A stretch of 64,000 bases of DNA from Guillardia theta CCMP2712 (Eukaryota; Protista; Cryptophyta). Shown here piece after piece: positions 1 to 10,996 of the stretch (positions are counted from its first letter, which is position 1; every line of letters starts with the position of its first letter). The position numbers and the translations under genes are program-made. The stretch spans positions 1 to 64,000 of the forward strand of contig NW_005434493.1 in NCBI RefSeq assembly GCF_000315625.1, written 5' to 3'. The notes below the pieces were generated by a model. The model saw only the letters and a program-made list of their open reading frames with translations. It searched no databases and had not been told where the DNA came from.

Positions 1-214
1 CCGGCGCTGCCTGAAATAACCGGCGCTGCCTGAAATAACCGGCGCTGCCTGAAATAACCGGCGCTGCCTGAAATAACCGGCGCTGCCTGAAATAACCGGC
101 GCTGCCTGAAATAACCGGCGCTGCCTGAAATAACCGGCGCTGCCTGAAATAACCGGCGCTGCCTGAAATAACCGGCGCTGCCTGAAATAACCGGCGCTGC
201 CTGAAATAACCGGC
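1..214. repeat. 19-bp minisatellite (TGCCTGAAATAACCGGCGC)n, ~11 copies; probably the 5' cap of a more distal element, cut by the window edge
   Basis: Perfect tandem copies; same TGC...TAA layout and same position (left of a telomeric tract) as the arrays at 10483 and 28415. Confidence 0.95.
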
Positions 215-241
215 TTCAGAGCTTCTTTTGCTTTCAGAGCT

Positions 242-286
242 CTAAACCCTAAACCCTAAACCCTAAACCCTAAACCCTAAACCCTA
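242..286. repeat. Telomeric (CCCTAAA)n tract, ~6 units
   Basis: Direct reading. Confidence 0.97.
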
Positions 287-692
287 TTATTATTATTATT
301 ATTTGAGTTTATTAGACTCTTAGTCAAGAGTTTCATAGCTAAGAACTATTGCTCTTCGCTCATCTCTCGCCTAATGATCCGTCTAAAGGGGTTCCCAACC
401 TTGGGAGGTTGGCCCATTTTCCTATAGGCCCCTTAGGCCTGGTTGCTTCCGTATTACTTGTTTTCAGTAACGATGTCCTCCGGGCCCGTTCCAATTCCGA
501 TCCCGGTCCCCTTCCTTATTTTCGCTAAGTTCCGTTGCATCTTCCTGCCCCTTCCCCCCCCAGCATGCAGTCGCCCACTGTGGCATGGCTGTACCTTCTC
601 CTGCTGGCTAGCCCTTCTCTTCTTCCCTTCATGCAGCCCATGACCATGCGCCATGGGTGGCTTGCCCATGAGCCGCGCCTGCCCCCATCGGA

Positions 693-2618
693 CTACATCG
701 ACTCTCTTACCCTTCTTGCCGTCCATAGCGTATGTTGTACCGCCAGCAGTTGCTTGATTGCTGCTGTCTTGATGCCTTCCCATTCCGTGTCATCCACCCT
801 TAGCCTCCTGAAATTCTCATGCCATTCCCTCTCCATGATCGATCCTTTCACTCCTGCTATGAATGTTGCTTGTTCCACTTCATGGTCAGGTAGCAAAGCT
901 GTGATTTCTGCTCGTAGGGGGGCATATTTCTCTTCCTTTTCCTGAAATTTCTTCTTCAGGCATTCCAGACTTGTTTGTTCGACTCCGTCATATTCCGATG
1001 TCCTTGCAAATTCGATGAGGACAATGCGTTTGATGCTTGCAAAGTAGCAGCAACCGTCTGGTATCCATTGCCCTTCTCGGTGCATTGAAGTCCCCATCGC
1101 TTCCATCACGATGCGTATTGGAGTGTCCCACCATGAATTGACCTGTACCCTTTGTTTCCTCCAGCTCTGCTGCAGTCTTACCTTGATCTTCTTCATGACT
1201 TCGTTGTGTGCTTTTTGGATCATATCTTGGAATTGCCTACACGCAAGCTGAACATGTCCCCAGGTTTCTTCTCGGTCTGGACAGTGAGGACAACATGGTG
1301 AGTTAGTTTTCCCCCATTGAAAGAGCTTCTTCCTCGTCGGTGCTGAGAAGGTGATCGCTTGGATAGCTGTTCGCGTAACTGACCCTTCGCATAATCTGAA
1401 CGCTCTCCCTAGTAAATCTCTTCCCACATGCATTTCGAGCATGAATTTCTCTGTCAAGGTGAGGTCTCCCGCTCGAATCCTTGCCACCATTGTCTGTTGT
1501 CTGATAATGTAGTCCCATTTCTTCAAGCGATCGAATCCTGATGTAGGATTTTCTTCTCCTGCAATGATGAATTCCATTGGGCTATCGTAGATTGCTTTCT
1601 CCCATCCCGAGGCGAATGCTTGTTTTCCTTGCTTTGCCATTTCCTTTGCCTCTTGAATGTGTCTCTGAGATTCTTTTGCTAGTTGGAGTCGGATCCTGAT
1701 TCCCCTCCCTTCGAGTTTCTTCATGCAAGTGAGTAACCGATCATGTAAGTCCTCCAGCAGTTCGTCTTCGTATCGCATGGTATCCATTCGCAACGTATTT
1801 GTCATAAAGCGGTGGAAACGTGTGGACTGGTACATTATTGTGACTTGATTTCCCCTTTTGATCTGTATTCCTTCCTCAAGGACATGTTGCAGAAGTAAGC
1901 CAATTGCGATTGTGTTCGCTCGAATGATGCTGCACTTCCCATTGATTTTCATCCCTCCTCCTGACGTCATCTCTTGTTGTTGGAGAACATATCCTATTCG
2001 CATGGATCTGTTTTTTCTGCCCTGCATGATGTCTCCTTCAATAGCTGCTGTGAAATGCCTTCCGCCTTGATGATTGCTGCGCGGCTGGATCTGATCCCTT
2101 CGTCTGTTACACAGCTCCTCATACGTTGGGAGGATGTTGTCCTGAAGCTGGTCTCGTAAGTATGTTGGGAATTTGTGCCCAACTAGTATCCATAACTCTT
2201 CTACAGTTTTTGTCAAGCACCTATTCCCTGTCCTCCAGAAGTTTGCTGCATAAGCTATTTGAGCGCCTTTCGGGATCCGGCTGATAATTTCAAAACCTTC
2301 AGGTATCTCATCAATGTTATTCTTCCATCCTATCAGAATGACATGTATTGTATCCAGGATTTGTTCACGAAATCTCTTTTGTTTGTCCATCCAAACCACC
2401 ACTCGTTGCAGTTCCCTTGCTCTCTTGTTGCTCAGAGCCTGGGGATGTGTGTGTAGTGTCGGCCAGTTACGAAATGTACTGATGTCACAATCTGTGATCT
2501 CTGCTAGGTGTTGTAAAAACTCGTATGCCAATGGTTGTGTTGTTTGTTGTCGAACCTCTGATACTACCTCCTCGAGTTTTTGCCACCATGCTGTAGCTTC
2601 TGTTTCGCCGTCGTCCAA
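693..2618 (-). pseudogene. ORF2 C-terminal segment: degenerate RNase H-like region, CCHC knuckle, restriction-like endonuclease
   Basis: CPHCPDREETWGHVQLAC; WIPDG...IVLIEFAR...EKEEKYAPL matches the PD..E..K..KY pattern of RLE elements. Confidence 0.85.
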
Positions 2619-2622
2619 TGCA

Positions 2623-4899
2623 TTAACTATTTCCAGCAGCAGATGGATGCTTTGATTGCAGTCTCTTCGGATTACCGTCCTCTTCCCTTGTTGCAGATGC
2701 GAAGGGAGCCGAGTCCAGCGACGCTTCCAACCATTCTATTGGTGGGTCCGAGGATTTGTTTTCTTTTGTGTGGGGCTGCTCAAAGATAGCGATGTTCCCT
2801 TGGACTTTGAAAGGTATGTTCCCTGTAGTGTAACAGAATCTTTCTCGCTGACTATGATTCCCGTTGGCCTCATAATGGGTGGAGTCGTGTTGGAGGAGCT
2901 GCCTCATGATCCTCCGAGTACGAGCCCTCTTATCGGTTTCCTCTCCCCCTTGGTTTTGTCTGGCTATTTTCTTGGGTGGGGATAGCTCGTGTGCGCTGTC
3001 CTCTCGTTCTCCTTTCCTTCTCTTGTTGGAGGCCTTTTCTACCTCCTTGGTTGGCCGTTTCCTTTTCCCTGTTTCTGATTGCTCTTTTTCGAGCTTTGCC
3101 CAGATGACATTCGCCTGCAGGTAGTGTGCAAGGATTTCTTCTGCTTGTTCTCTCTGCCTTGGGAACGGCCAGAGTCGGATAGGTAGGTGGAAGGAGATGC
3201 CTTCGGTATCGGGGATGGGTAGGATACTTGTTATGGAATGGTAGCCAGCTTGGGGTAGCTGTCGCCATGTCCTCTTGAAGCTCTCCCACCCAACTTCCCG
3301 GGCAGGTGAGGGAGTCAAAGGGTTTTCTTCTGCTAGCATCTTGTCCTCTATGGCATGTAGAGTTGATATTGTCCCCGGTTTTGTCTTGTTGTCGATCATT
3401 TCCCAGCTAATTGTTGTCTTCATTCTCTCTGCTATCCATAGTGCAATTCTTTCGGGACCCTTGACCTCGTCATTTTCGTTTATCCTTCCTGATCTGATCT
3501 CGCGTTGTAGTTGAGCCATCGTTTGGCACCCCCACTGGGTACACCAAGCTGTTAGCTTGCTTATCAGGCTGTTTTTGATATCATCGTCGACCCTGCTTTT
3601 CTTGTTCGTTTCCTTCTCTAAATACCTGATCGCCATCCTTCCCAAGATGGGTGCTGGGTGCGGGAGTTGGAGACCTCCTCTGTCCCAAGGTAGGCGGAAA
3701 ATAGCGTTGCTTGTACTCCTGCTGAGTCCCATAGCTCGTTTGAAAGCTCTGGTCCAGAGGTTATCTAAGGTTTGTAGATCCTTCCAAGACCAGCTGACCA
3801 GTACAGCCGAGTATCTGAAGATGTTGACTATGCCTACTTTCACTAAGTAATACTTCTGTGCTGCCGAGTATGCGGAGGACTCAATCAGATTGGTGAGTTC
3901 CTTCGTTTTTTCAAAGATGTGTTCTTTCTCTCCCCAAGTGTGGGGGCACTCGCGGCATATTTGCGCTCTTCCCCCTGTTCTCCACAGACTGATTCGAATC
4001 CCCAGGTATTTGAAGCTCTTCGTTGGTGGCAGTTTCACAAACTCCTTATCGAAGAACTTGATGTTTTCAGTTCCCAGGACCTCTCGCTTCAGCCGATAGT
4101 CAAAGCTGGTGATTTCTGACTTCTTCGTGTTCAGTTCTAATCCGCTCCATCTACAGAATCGTTCTACCACTTGGACAAGTTGCTTCATTTCTTTCACCGA
4201 GTGTGCTATCAGAACCAGATCATCTGCAAATGACAGATTATTAGGGTGTTGAGTTGCTTTCTCGTCTTGTTGTTGATCAAGTTGTCTGGACAAGATGCTG
4301 AGCAGAAGATTTGTTTTTGGTGGACTCGCGGGGCTGCCTTGAGGTAATCCCCGGAGGAGCGGGATTGCTGCTGTATCAAACCTCTCAGTCTGGATTTGCA
4401 GAGCTATGCCTTGACTGCAGCTGACTGCGACGTCGACATCGCGCTGGTGGAATCCATATACCTCCATGATTTTTGCGATGGATTCAACCGCGACGTTATT
4501 GAAGAAGTTGGCAAAGTCGAGGTATAACAGTATAATGTTGTTTTGACTACTCTGGGCCTCCTCGATGATGTTAAGTAGTCTATGACCTTGACGTATCGTC
4601 CCGCCCTCGGGTCGGAAACCCTCTTGGTTATCTGTTAACAGCTTGTGCCTCTCAGCTGCTTGGAAGATTCGCGTCACCGACGAGAGGATACATATAGGAC
4701 GCATATTTTCCAGAACATGACAGAGCTCGTTTTTTGGAAGGACATGACAGAGCTCGTTTTTTGGAAGGAGTCTGACTCGTGCTAGCATGTTCAACAACGT
4801 TTTGTCTCCTGTCAACGCTCTACTGGTAAAGCTTTCAGGATCTCGTTTGAGATCAAATCCATGCCTGCTGCCTTGCGATTTGATACTTTTTGAATCCAA
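2623..4899 (-). pseudogene. ORF2 reverse transcriptase segment
   Basis: ENMRPICIL, QEGFRP, YLDFANFF, GLPQGSPASP, SFADDLVL, FKYLGI, GGLQLP; 27-bp internal duplication (LPKNELCHV twice) and frameshifts. Confidence 0.95.
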
Positions 4900-6629
4900 A
4901 TCTGAATTTCTCCTGGCTCCAGGGGAAAAGCAATTTCTATTTCCCTGGTCGGGTGTTGATCAATGTTCGCGGGAGAGTTGAATTCCGGTGGTTGGACGGA
5001 GGTGAATGATTGACACTGTTTGCAGAAGAAGAGGATCGTCGTTTCTTCGTTCTTCTGACCTTTGTCATACAGCGGGATCAATCGTCCTCGTGTTTGACAC
5101 TCCGCCTTTGCGCAGGTTCCATTCGTCGTGCAGCCGTTGACTGCGAAGAAGGATGCCGTGTGGGTTTCATCTTCGAGTTCGCTAGCCAATCTCATAGGGA
5201 GAAATTGCTCGATGTTCTTGTATCCTTCTAGGCGCCACCCTCCTGGTTGTGGGAGCAGTTCCCGAATGATTTGTACAATCAAATGTGCTGGCGCCACGGT
5301 GAGGGAGAACTTCTTTGATGTTTGATTTCCCGCCCCGAGGACCTCAACGTGCAGTAAGGTTTGATGTTTTGCATTCCAAAAAGTTTTGCTTGATTCTTTG
5401 GAGCTGTTTTGCAGGAATGCTTCCATCAGCGGATCCAGGTCCTGTAAATACTCTAGCTCTGACCGCTGCAGCGCTGGTTGGAGATCGCTCCATGAGGTGA
5501 GTTCAATTGTATTTGGGTGGCATTTCTCTGGCAGTTGGCTACTCATTGGGGCTTTGGGCTTATAGTCTGATTTCTTCCCCATTGCATTCTGGGACTCTTT
5601 ACTCCCTATCGTGCCCAGTCGTCGTCGGCGTTCCTCGCAAGCTTTCAGGAAGGTTTGTTGGTCCTGTTCGGTGCAGATCTCCTTGAATTTGGTCATAGTC
5701 TCTCTTAGTTCGGCGTTGATACTCGACTCCCTGTGTGCACGATCAATATATTCTGTGATTTCTGATGTGCTTCTCAGATCCTTGCGAAGTTGCTTAATCT
5801 TCCTTTTCAGGTCCATTTGAATCTTCGATGAATATCGCTTCCCACCTGAGGTTCGTAGGGGGATTTCCTTAATGGGAAGGGCAGTTGTTATCAAATTGAT
5901 AATGTCGCAATCTTGCTGTAGAGCTTGTGCCGCTTGTATCTTCTCGTCGAGAGCCATTGCCCATTCCACGCCTAGTCGTCCCGATATCTTTTCTATCTCT
6001 ACCACCCGCTTCTTTCGTCGAAGAATGGCATCTCGGTCCTTCCTTTGTGTAAGCATTTCAACCGTTGGAATAAATTGTTCGCCCTTATCATCTAGCGCAG
6101 TCACATTCACCACCAGTGCCCTGTGATCGACTGCGGCTCCTATGATGCAGTCTTCTGCGGTCTCGGATATCAGGCTTACTGTGCGAGATGAATGATGTAG
6201 AGCGAAGACATGGTCTAATTTGGCTTGGTGGTGGCCCTGTTTGTACCATGTGGAGAAGGTGAAATGCGAACTGCTTCTGCTCATCTTTTCGCAGGTGACC
6301 ATCTGATATCGCCCCAGCTCATTTAAGTTTCGTTCCATTTCCTCATCTGCGCGGTGCACGTTCGAGTTGCTCCCGTACCCTACTCTCGTGCAGATCTCTG
6401 CAAGCTTTCGAGATGCGTTGAAGTCGCCTCCGACGATGCTGAGCTTAATGTTTGGGTCCATCTTGAGCATCTGGCTCAGCGCCTTCCACATGTTGTCTCG
6501 ATCCCTCCCCTCCGATGCGATAGGGAAATGTACGTTCGCCAACAATATTGTTTCTTTTTGCGGCCAACGTGTAAAACCTGTATTCTTTTTTGGGAGACCT
6601 CGCGCTCCTCTTCCATGGCGAAGTGCCAT
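4812..6629 (-). pseudogene. ORF2 segment: APE C-terminal half, linker with CxxxxC/CxxC, RT domain 0
   Basis: ANVHFP, IVGGDFNA, KLDHVF, DHRAL; RKAAGMDLISNEILKAL. Confidence 0.9.
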
Positions 6630-8260
6630 GGCAGGGGGGGGCGAGGTGCAAGGTCAGCATGCGCTAATGTCATGAGGCGTAGGTCACTCTTACCCTTTCT
6701 CCCGCCCCCCGTGCCTTTCGTGATAAATACTCGATAGCATCCCCATTCCTTCTTGATCATCGTTCGGAGAGCTATCTCTTTCCTCCTCCCCCCTACCAAG
6801 ACCTCCTGCAGCATTACCACGCTCGGCTGGTATGTCTCAATCAGGTATCCCAAGATGTGTTTCAGCACAAACTGGCTGCACCCATTAACATTTTGAGAGA
6901 TGATGTTGCCTGGGGTGTTATCCTTTCTGTGCATCTCCACCCATGATGGTTGCTCTGATCTTTCTGTTCGAATTGCATTGTGAGGTTTTCTACCTGTTGT
7001 TAGTACTTGTTCCTCTTCCCTATTGGCCCATTGAAGTTGATGTGGTACTCCCCTTCGATCTCTTGCCGGAGAGTGCGTCTCCTCCTCCTCCCTAGTTCCC
7101 CTTGCATCGTTCGAAGCTTGTTCTTTGTGCGTGCCCGCTGGGGGGAGCGATGTGGCCTGCGGCGGCGGTGAGTCCATCTGTTCTGACCTTTCATATGTCC
7201 GCAGGTCCGCCATGTTTCTCGCTTGCCACGGTTCTTGCTCTCCCTGCTCCATCTCTTGTGCCTGGGTCACCTCTGCTGCTTGCCATTCCTTGTACCCTTT
7301 ATCTTGCGCGTGTTGTAAAGCTCTGCAGATGCCTTTGATCGTTTCTCGCATGCGCACTTTTCCTGGATCCTCCACCCAAAGCGCATCCAGCAGCCGGTGC
7401 CTCATCCTCTCGAGCCATTGCTGGGGTGGGGGGACGCCTTGCTGCCTACCTGTTTTTGAGATGTCTCGTTGTGTCGGTCTGTTTGTTTTTGCGATCAGCA
7501 GCAAATGCAACAGTATGAAGATCCCACAGTTGTGATTGTCTGTTTGTTGTAGCTCAGTTGACAGGTAAACCCGCCATGTCGTTGCATGTTCCTGCTGGTC
7601 GCTGAATGCCTCCGTGACAATCGTCGCCGCGAGTGTGGCTAAGTCCATTCGTTGTGCGCCTTCCAGCTGAAACTGTGCCTCCCTTTGACTTCTGACAATC
7701 CCCAAGTCTCTCTCAGCCGTGCTGAGTGAATCAACAATGCGTATTCTTTTTGTGTCAAAATCTGCCATTAGTAGAATCCAATGATTGCCATTCTCTACGC
7801 ACGGGAATAAGAATGGCTGAGCTGCCCCGGCTAGTAGTCGCTTTGCTCTCTTTGTCCTCCCCTCTTGATCTCTCAAACAAGCTACTATTCTCGGGAGGAC
7901 AATAGTCCCTCTCGGCGACTCGACCTGGTTTCTAGTTTGCGCGTTCGCGTACCTCTTGTCTCGTAGCCATGCTATTTGAAATCTGTCTTCCACTGGTTGG
8001 ATACCTTCGCTTGCCTCGAGGATTATCGCCTCCACAACATCTTCGGAGAGAAAGCCAGCTTCTCCCGAGTTGAGTAGCGCCGCTAATCCATATTCACTGT
8101 TTTGTTCCCTTCGACTCCAGGGGATCTCCCCTACGAGGTCGAATGTTTGTGTCGTTTTTTGATTTTCTTTGTCTTTGTTTTTCTCACCTTCTTGTCCTTC
8201 CCCCTCACCCTTGTGCCAATTGTCCCACCTGCCCTCGTCTCCTCCTGTTCCTGCGTCCAT
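6476..8260 (-). pseudogene. ORF2 N-terminal segment: Ulp1/C48-like cysteine protease and APE N-terminus
   Basis: NHWILL...IVDSL...QQTDNHNCG (H-D-Q-C order); IISQNVNG...VMLQEV; frameshift near the G-run at ~6634-6641. Confidence 0.88.
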
Positions 8261-10407
8261 TAAGCTTGTGCCGCAGGGGGGGAGTCTAGTGACATCCCCT
8301 CTGCGTCGTCCGCCTTGCTCCCTTCCTCCGGTTCCTCTTCCATTCCGGCCTCTTTCATCTGTAGTTCAGTGCTCAACATGAACTTTAGTTCGTCGTTATC
8401 TCCCAGCATTCCTACCGAAGAGATTACTGTCTCCTCTAGGAATTTATTCAATGCAATGAAGAGCAGGTCAGTCTTAAACTGCTTCTCTTCTTTGGGGGCA
8501 AAAGCGCTTTGCTTGCGCTTCGCGACCTTCCATGTATGCTTCTCAACGATTCGTTGGACTCGCTCTTTGAAGCCCTTACTCTGGGTATCCCATGTCGCTC
8601 CAGTGCCTTTATCAGCCCATTCTTGCAGCGTGGAGAAGGACGCGTTGCCTGGACTGTCTAAGGCGACCTGCATGTCGTGCACAGCATCGTCAAGACGAAG
8701 TAAGGTCTTTCCTTGCTGTTGTAGGTCATTGTTAACTACTTCCGCGATAGCTGTCTTGATCTCAGCAATTACTACCTCTGCTTCCGCGTCGGGCAGGTTT
8801 GTTTCGTTGATGATTGAGTTCAGTTCAATCTCTTTCCACACGGTTCCGCCTGCTCTGGTTCCCGGCGTTTGTGATCTGGCTTGGCCAGATTGATCCTGTG
8901 TTGCCTGAGGCGACACTTTGAGGTTCAGACTACTTGCTGTCGTCTGGATCTCAACTGTGCCTTGCCAGCAGAGAAGGTGTGTGGGGAATTCAGCCATCAT
9001 CTTTCTTGCACTCCTTTCACTTCGTAGCCTGAGAATAATTCCAGACCCATCCCACATCCCCGTCTCTGCGTCACATTGGATGTGTACCCGTTGCAGCTCT
9101 TTTTCAACCTGTGGGTCCCAGCATGCGACAGACCTCCGGATGTTTCGGATGACTTTGGCTCTGCCCGTTTCGTCACTGGCGCAGATTTTTTCAATCTCAC
9201 TTCGAGAGAACTTCCCTGATGGCACTGGGGAGGAGATTTGCACTGAGTACAGCATCTCTGCCCCCGTTGCCGTTGCCGCCTCCTGTCGCACAGCATTCTT
9301 CGTATGCTTGAGCATAGTCGTTGCTTCCATTTGAACTGAAAACCATTTCAGTATTTTGTCATTCTCTGAGACCAATCCCAAAGTGACTCCTGCTCGATCT
9401 TTTCCATGTCGATCGAATGCCTGGAGGACGATGTCCGCTACTTCCAGGCTCGAACAAGTCGCGATCCAGTCTACCTCTCTGTTCTGGTTGACTGTGTCTA
9501 TTCCTACCGCTGCAAACACCTTCTTTGGCGGCAGGTTCCTCTTGGGGGGGAGGTTCACTGTCATTCCCGCGTTTGGGATCAGGTCGATAATTGCTAGGCC
9601 CTGTTTCAAGCACAACTGCCTGTAGATCTCACATATATCACCTGTACTCGAATCATTGAGCTTAAGGAGTTGGGCCACCTCCGCTAGGATTCCGACTCTG
9701 CCCATGTTCTCCTTCTTTGGTCGCATCTTGAACGAGATCGGTGGGTTGGCTGCTGGGTTCACTGCTAGGATCCTCCTTCCAGCCACCTTAAAGGTACCTT
9801 CTCCTTTCCAGAATTTCTCTGCCGCCTCGTTGCGGACAAAGGTGATCACTGCTGGGATCTCTTCTGCCTTCGCCAGGTCAGGCTTGAGGGGAGCCTTGAA
9901 GATCAAACTCCTGCTGTCTTGCGTCTGATCTACGATCAAGCCTTGCTCTTCCAGCTTGACGCATAAGTTTTCAACCTGTCTGGAGAAGTATGCAGGTATC
10001 CCTAGTACCTTCATGGTAATCGTCTGCACACTCGTGCCCTGGTCATCATAAGACCTGGCCTCCATCTGCCGTTGCCTGTCTGCTAGAAATTCGGACAGGT
10101 ACCACTGCCTGGCATCATCACCCCACTGCCCGCGACCTTTCAGACTCTCCAGTGGTGAAGGTTCAGCAAAGCTGCATGTGTGACTGATGGCTTCGGCTAA
10201 AGCTTCCAAGGATATCTCTTTGGCTTTCAGAGCTTTGCTCGTCCTGCTTTTGGGATTCTGCCTTGCGAAGTCATCCAGTCGTCGCACAAGCTCAGCTGGT
10301 GACGGCATCGTTCCAGTTTCCGTCTGCCTCTTGAGGTAGCTGGAGGTACGGTACTGCACGATCTCGTCAGGGTTCACAATAGATATTGGCCACATGCTTC
10401 GGAGCAT
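8260..10407 (-). CDS. Family A ORF1 (~715 aa, no recognisable domain)
   Basis: Intact long ORF, conserved in copy A2, homologous to the family B ORF; its stop overlaps the ORF2 start (TAATG). Confidence 0.85.
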   Translation of the reverse strand: MLRSMWPISIVNPDEIVQYRTSSYLKRQTETGTMPSPAELVRRLDDFARQNPKSRTSKALKAKEISLEALAEAISHTCSFAEPSPLESLKGRGQWGDDARQWYLSEFLADRQRQMEARSYDDQGTSVQTITMKVLGIPAYFSRQVENLCVKLEEQGLIVDQTQDSRSLIFKAPLKPDLAKAEEIPAVITFVRNEAAEKFWKGEGTFKVAGRRILAVNPAANPPISFKMRPKKENMGRVGILAEVAQLLKLNDSSTGDICEIYRQLCLKQGLAIIDLIPNAGMTVNLPPKRNLPPKKVFAAVGIDTVNQNREVDWIATCSSLEVADIVLQAFDRHGKDRAGVTLGLVSENDKILKWFSVQMEATTMLKHTKNAVRQEAATATGAEMLYSVQISSPVPSGKFSRSEIEKICASDETGRAKVIRNIRRSVACWDPQVEKELQRVHIQCDAETGMWDGSGIILRLRSERSARKMMAEFPTHLLCWQGTVEIQTTASSLNLKVSPQATQDQSGQARSQTPGTRAGGTVWKEIELNSIINETNLPDAEAEVVIAEIKTAIAEVVNNDLQQQGKTLLRLDDAVHDMQVALDSPGNASFSTLQEWADKGTGATWDTQSKGFKERVQRIVEKHTWKVAKRKQSAFAPKEEKQFKTDLLFIALNKFLEETVISSVGMLGDNDELKFMLSTELQMKEAGMEEEPEEGSKADDAEGMSLDSPPAAQA

Positions 10408-10482
10408 TCTCAATGGTTTCCCAAGCTTCCGTCGTTCCTGGCGGCTCTTACTCCACCAGCGCAGGGGTACCGCAAATCTGCA

Positions 10483-10881
10483 TGCCAGGAAATAAGGAAC
10501 CTGCCAGGAAATAAGGAACCTGCCAGGAAATAAGGAACCTGCCAGGAAATAAGGAACCTGCCAGGAAATAAGGAACCTGCCAGGAAATAAGGAACCTGCC
10601 AGGAAATAAGGAACCTGCCAGGAAATAAGGAACCTGCCAGGAAATAAGGAACCTGCCAGGAAATAAGGAACCTGCCAGGAAATAAGGAACCTGCCAGGAA
10701 ATAAGGAACCTGCCAGGAAATAAGGAACCTGCCAGGAAATAAGGAACCTGCCAGGAAATAAGGAACCTGCCAGGAAATAAGGAACCTGCCAGGAAATAAG
10801 GAACCTGCCAGGAAATAAGGAACCTGCCAGGAAATAAGGAACCTGCCAGGAAATAAGGAACCTGCCAGGAAATAAGGAACC
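10483..10881. repeat. 19-bp minisatellite (TGCCAGGAAATAAGGAACC)x21 at the A1 5' end
   Basis: 21 perfect units followed by T-CCTAAACCCTAA. Confidence 0.97.
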
Positions 10882-10996
10882 TCCTAAACCCTAATCTTTC
10901 GGGGACACAGGGCCCCTTGCGGGGCCTTTTGCCACCCAAAGGGCCCTGTTTTCAAGACCCTCATACAGCACCAATCGGGCACGTGTTCCCTTCGCA

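Larger units (their letters stand above)
287..10881 (-). mobile_element. Family A non-LTR retrotransposon, full-length but frameshifted copy A1 (Dualen/RandI-like)
   Basis: (TAA)n tail at 287-303 abuts TAGGG; ORF1 plus ORF2 with protease, APE, RT and RLE motifs; 5' minisatellite joined to TTTAGG. Confidence 0.93.

Noticed and set aside
242-286. First telomeric tract as the true chromosome terminus
   Set aside because: It is only ~6 units long and an element-type minisatellite lies distal to it, so the array continues beyond the window.
8315-9928. Antisense ORFs over ORF1, and similar ones over B, Gypsy and the LRR gene
   Set aside because: Shadow frames of real coding sequence with no motifs.
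10483-10881. Minisatellites as CRISPR arrays or tandem GT-AG micro-introns
   Set aside because: No spacers, no cas genes and a eukaryotic context; only the A1 unit reads GT...AG.
10448-10939. 163-aa repeat ORF (FLISWQVPYFLAGSLFPGR)n through the minisatellite
   Set aside because: A by-product of a stop-free 19-mer; the equivalent B unit has TAG TAA on the same strand, so coding is not conserved.
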